This document shows positions 60,786 through 64,000 of a stretch of 64,000 nt of DNA, one piece after another (position 1 is the first letter of the stretch; every line of letters starts with the position of its first letter). The notes below the pieces were generated by a model. It saw only the letters and a program-made list of their open reading frames with translations, was not told the origin of the DNA and ran no database searches. The translations under genes were made by a program, and so were the position numbers. The stretch comes from Armatimonadota bacterium (lineage in GTDB: Bacteria > Armatimonadota > UBA5829 > DTLH01). The stretch covers positions 32,001 to 96,000 of the forward strand of contig JBBRAE010000002.1 of the NCBI GenBank assembly GCA_038207085.1, written 5' to 3'.

Positions 60786-63467
60786 CTACTTTTCAAAACC
60801 CGCGGCTATCAGCGCAATGTCATCTTTGAGATCACACTGCGCATAGTCACTTGTCTCTCGGCAGACGGTCTCGGCCATCTCAATCGGCCCCAAGCCCGCG
60901 TTATCAAACAAAATATCCTCAAGCCCCTCTATACCAAGCATCGACCCCTGCCTCTTTGCCTCTATTACCCCGTCAGTGTACAACAGAAGTGAGCTACCGG
61001 GTTCCAGCCGGATCTTTCTGTCCTGGTAACAGCATTCTTCCGTTGCGCCGATCGGCATTCCCGTGCGATAAAGGTGGATCAGCTGCTTTCCCTCCCTCGC
61101 GATGACGATCCCAGGAGGGTGCCCGCCGTTTGCGTATGTCATCCAGCCGGTCTCGGGGTCGATCACCGCGCAAAAGACAGTGACAAGCACGTGCCCGTCG
61201 GAGTAGTTGATCGCGGCCTTGTTCAGCAGGTCAAGCGCGGAGGCGGGCGAGTCCGGCCACTGGTATAGGAACCCACGGAGCATGTAGCGCACCATCGCCG
61301 TATGCACCGCGGCTCGGATCCCCTTGCCGGCGACGTCTGCGACCACAAGGGCGACCTTGCCGTTAGCAAGGGTAACGACATCATAGAGGTCGCCGCCCAC
61401 GCTTGCTTCGTCGAGTGCGGGTATATACTTGTGGCCGAAAGTGAGCCTGCCGATCCGCGCCGGCACGTCGCCCTTCAGTGTGTCCTGCAGGGTTTCGGCG
61501 ATCTGATACTCGCGCCCAAAGAGTTTGGCGTTTGCGATAACCGCGGCTGCGTGGCTTGCGATCGATGCAAGTAGGTGGACCTCGAGCCCACGACCCGTGT
61601 AAGGCTCGGCCATCCAGACATTGATCGTGCCGATGGCGTCGTTTGCCGCAAGCAGAGGCGAGCACATAAACCCTCGCAGGCCCTCCATCTCAACTTCCTC
61701 GCGCAGTCGCAGGTCGGCGTCCGAGCAGATATCTTCGCGCACGATCGTTCTTTTCTCGGAAAATGCCACTCCCGTCCAGGGCTCTCCGGGGGTGATGTTC
61801 AGCTTGTCGCGGAAGTCTTTGCTCAGGTTAAAAGCCTCGGCGACGGCGAGTTGGCCGTTCTGGTCCGAGAGCAGGATCGCGCATGCTTTGGCATGCATCA
61901 CCTCACAGGTGGTTTTGACGAGCGCGTGAAGCACCTGTTTCAGGTCAAGGGATGAGGATATTGCCTCTGTAACCCGGCGATGCGAGTTCAGCATCTTCAT
62001 AAAGTCTTCGGTGCGCCCGTGGATATAGGCGTTGTGCAGAGCGATTCCGGCAAGCGATGCAAACGTTTCCAGCAGTTCAAGCCTGTTCTTTAGCTCTGTA
62101 TCCCAGGCCTCCCCCGGAGTAAGAGTCGCTGCAAGCACTCCGACACGCGCGTTGCCGACCACCAATGGCAGCGCAACCGCAGTAGACTCCTGCACGCCGC
62201 CGGGGTAGGCGATCGTAGAGGGTATCGAAAGAGCGCTTGGAGAAGTGAACGCATGCTCTGCAAGTCGGGTAAGTGAGGTGGAGGCGTGAACCTCTGTGCC
62301 CGCTTCGACGGGAACCGGTTCGAGTTTATCGGTCAGGTCGTTTCGCCCGAACACCACGACCTCGGTTGCGTGGAAGTGCTGGCTCAGGGCGTCAGTTATG
62401 GACTTTGCGACCCGTGTTACGTCGAGGCTTGATGTGATCGTTCCTGCGAGCTCGAAAAGCGTCTGCTGGACGCGGGTTTTGGTGCGCAGGTCCCGTTCGT
62501 GCTGCTCCAGGTTTTCGGCCATGGTGTTGAAACTCTGGGCAAGGGATTGCAACTCGTCGCCGGTGTTGATTACCACCCGTCGCCTGAGGTCGCCCACCGC
62601 AACGGCCGCTGCGGCCCGCGAGAGCTTTCTGATCGGGTTTGCGATGTGCTTTCCCATCATAAGGGCTAGCATCGCCGCTGCAAGGGACGTTATAATCGCG
62701 CGCGGCAGCCACTCCTGGTTGCTCTCGCCGATCGCGTTTCCGTAGTCGTGTGCGACAACCCGCCAGTCGGCGCTTCTCAGCCGAACCGTCATCTCGCTCT
62801 CTTCAGGAGTGGAGACCAGTGCGCTTGCTGCGGCCACAGGTCGCCCCGGACTTTTCGGGCCGATCTCGCAGACAGCGTCACCGTTGGCGTCAACTACCCG
62901 GACAACACTATTTCGCCCCACAGTATTCTTGATGGCGGTGAGTACAGCCTCACTCGATACCACCGCATAAGCGACTACAGCGTCCTTTCCCGGGGCTGAA
63001 ACCGGAGCGCTGACCACGAATATACGTGTGTTGCCTTCGGTTACAACGGGGGATACGGTAGGTTCAGTCGCAAGTTCGGGGCCGGCGAGGTGTTGATCTA
63101 TGGGTTTCCCACTGTTTGCGGTTGTGGAGCTAACAGGTTTCTCCCGGGTGTCGATAAGGCCAGCGTTTATCCAATCCGGATGCACAGCAAGCAGGGCTTT
63201 GAGGACGCTTTTTCGGTGTTTCGGTGTTCGATTGTCTTCTGAAGCCCAGGCGCTTGTTAGCTCGACTATGGTGTCTTTCAGCGTGTCGTCAGCGGCAGCC
63301 GCTGCCGCATGAGTCACGCTCGCCTGCAAGGCGAGCGTGAGCCGCTGCCTGCTGCGGTAGCTCTCGAGGAATGCCGCATACTGATATGCCATCGCAAGCA
63401 GGAACACCGCCAGTATCGCAACAAGAAGTTTGCCCGTAATGCTTCGAAGGCGTATAAATCCGCTCAA
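60786..63467 (-). CDS. Membrane SpoIIE/RsbU-type PP2C phosphatase (sensor-HAMP-GAF-GAF-PP2C)
   Basis: Two TMs, HAMP GDELQSLAQSFNTM, VGGDLYD, ADVAGKG, NGGHPP, YTDGVIEA, DDIA. Confidence 0.9.
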   Translation of the reverse strand: MSGFIRLRSITGKLLVAILAVFLLAMAYQYAAFLESYRSRQRLTLALQASVTHAAAAAADDTLKDTIVELTSAWASEDNRTPKHRKSVLKALLAVHPDWINAGLIDTREKPVSSTTANSGKPIDQHLAGPELATEPTVSPVVTEGNTRIFVVSAPVSAPGKDAVVAYAVVSSEAVLTAIKNTVGRNSVVRVVDANGDAVCEIGPKSPGRPVAAASALVSTPEESEMTVRLRSADWRVVAHDYGNAIGESNQEWLPRAIITSLAAAMLALMMGKHIANPIRKLSRAAAAVAVGDLRRRVVINTGDELQSLAQSFNTMAENLEQHERDLRTKTRVQQTLFELAGTITSSLDVTRVAKSITDALSQHFHATEVVVFGRNDLTDKLEPVPVEAGTEVHASTSLTRLAEHAFTSPSALSIPSTIAYPGGVQESTAVALPLVVGNARVGVLAATLTPGEAWDTELKNRLELLETFASLAGIALHNAYIHGRTEDFMKMLNSHRRVTEAISSSLDLKQVLHALVKTTCEVMHAKACAILLSDQNGQLAVAEAFNLSKDFRDKLNITPGEPWTGVAFSEKRTIVREDICSDADLRLREEVEMEGLRGFMCSPLLAANDAIGTINVWMAEPYTGRGLEVHLLASIASHAAAVIANAKLFGREYQIAETLQDTLKGDVPARIGRLTFGHKYIPALDEASVGGDLYDVVTLANGKVALVVADVAGKGIRAAVHTAMVRYMLRGFLYQWPDSPASALDLLNKAAINYSDGHVLVTVFCAVIDPETGWMTYANGGHPPGIVIAREGKQLIHLYRTGMPIGATEECCYQDRKIRLEPGSSLLLYTDGVIEAKRQGSMLGIEGLEDILFDNAGLGPIEMAETVCRETSDYAQCDLKDDIALIAAGFEK

Positions 63468-63739
63468 CAGCTATCATCCTTGGGGCAACCGCCACGTAAT
63501 TATGTCAGTCCGGCTCTGCCACTGGAGTATACACCAGCTTGTAAGCTATGTCAACGACTGGGTGCGGATTTTTATAAAAAAGAATGATTAATTGCGAAAC
63601 GTGACGAAGTGTGTCCTGTTGACAGATGCGTGCGATTGCGACTTGCGAGCCAGAAGCTAAGAGGCCGCAAGCAGCGGCGCATCTTGCACGCGGCTGCTTG
63701 CGGCCTGCCGGGCATGTCTGATATGCTCGACCGCTCCGC

Positions 63740-64000
63740 TCAGATCGACTGTGCCGAAACTTTCTTTGCGGGCTTTCTACCCTGAGAAAAGAGTTCTATC
63801 ATATTTTTGTTGAACGCGGGTATATCCTGCGGGCCGCGGCTAGTCACCCAATTGTCATCTACCACGGACTCCTGGTCCACCCAGTTGCCCCCCGCGTTCT
63901 TTACGTCGTCGCGAATCGAGGGCCAGCTTGTAAGCGTCCGCCCCCGCACTAGTCCGGCGGAAATGAGCGTCCAGGGAGCATGACATATCGCTGCGATGGG
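63740..64000 (-). CDS. PfpI/DJ-1 family protein (5' end beyond window)
   Basis: IAAICHAPWTLISAG...GRTLTSWPSIRDDVKNAG..WVDQE.VVD.NWVTSRGPQD. Confidence 0.9.
   Translation of the reverse strand, partial: PIAAICHAPWTLISAGLVRGRTLTSWPSIRDDVKNAGGNWVDQESVVDDNWVTSRGPQDIPAFNKNMIELFSQGRKPAKKVSAQSI

Overview
This is a gene-dense chromosomal window, about 60% GC by eye, and probably origin-proximal (parA-parB with a perfect parS). The gene mix (prepilin/H-X9-DG proteins, PEP-CTERM proteins, futalosine menaquinone genes, TrpB2, ycf45-like ATPase) suggests an Armatimonadota-like bacterium; that assignment is inference. Core content: selD, amt, GH2 and GH36-like glycosidases, a fused AhbAB, an mqn cluster (ubiD-ubiX-ubiA-mqnE-mqnA-mqnC plus an MTAP-family enzyme), flgM, parAB, dacB, glnA with an actinobacterial-type GlnR, tRNA-Gly(TCC), rpoZ-dnaK-dnaJ-prmA-rsmE-ycf45-tmk, and an RsbU/RsbV-RsbW partner-switching module. 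The most notable signals are: (1) a sigma-28 promoter, a c-di-GMP-I riboswitch and flgM in series, whose leader suggests a translational OFF switch; (2) a GlnR-type regulator beside glnA plus a five-box, 11-bp-periodic GlnR-like operator at amt; (3) an MTAP-family enzyme placed where the missing mqnB would be expected; (4) six copies of a modular palindromic element bounded by (C/T)TAG; (5) two accessory inserts flanked by duplicated 3' ends of host genes (selD, glnR). All product calls come from motif recognition only; no searches were run.
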